From Seison nebaliae (lineage: Eukaryota), in contig JALJEE010003013.1 of the NCBI GenBank assembly GCA_023231475.1, forward strand, positions 1-64,000: 64,000 nt of DNA, read 5' to 3'. Positions within the stretch are counted from its first letter, which is position 1, and every line of letters begins with the position of its first letter. The position numbers and the translations under genes were made by a program. Under the pieces are notes generated by a model. That model worked only from the letters and a program-made list of their open reading frames with translations. It was not told the DNA's origin and ran no database searches. Shown piece after piece: positions 63,719 through 64,000 of this stretch.

Positions 63719-64000
63719 AAAGATTTTTAATGATTTCATTATTTATATTATTAGTCAACGAATTTATTCAAAATTTTATTTCCATTCTAAATTTTCGGTC
63801 AATCGTTGAAGCTTTTCCTGTCTCTCCACATCATTTCATTCTCTCTTTCGATATTATTCGTGTTGTCAGTCATCATTAAAATTCCATTAATCGTTCTCTT
63901 TATTAGTGCTACTTTCGGTAAAGCCTGAAAAATTATTTTAATGAAAATTTAATTTCATAATTAAACAACTCACTTGTCGGTTTAATATCACCGTCTTCTT

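Overview
Gene-dense, AT-rich eukaryotic DNA. It is most likely from a compact-genome invertebrate animal with motile cilia or flagella; the taxon cannot be fixed from this window. Conserved genes, most interrupted by introns of about 40-90 nt, are HMG-CoA synthase, CCDC169, NOP9, DNAJC9, DRC1, a Rac GTPase (intronless CDS), a UBE3C-like HECT ligase, a RING/B-box/NHL TRIM, ARPC4 and AP-2 alpha. There is also a very large Asn/Gln-rich protein, a quiver/Ly6-like protein and tRNA-Ala(TGC). From about 45.5 to 59.9 kb lies an accessory island: decayed non-LTR retrotransposon copies, a Tc1 (DD34E) remnant, an XPB/ERCC3 pseudogene fragment, an intronless divergent USP-type deubiquitinase and orphan secreted/membrane proteins. 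The most striking signal is the splice code. Of 49 introns I modelled by hand, 46 start GTT, 2 GTG, 1 GTC and none GTA, and +5G occurs in only about 12. The canonical GTRAG donor that pairs with U1/U6 is therefore essentially absent, and many introns carry YCAT repeats. All exon/intron models are manual predictions from reading frame and recalled homology, and need RNA-seq confirmation.
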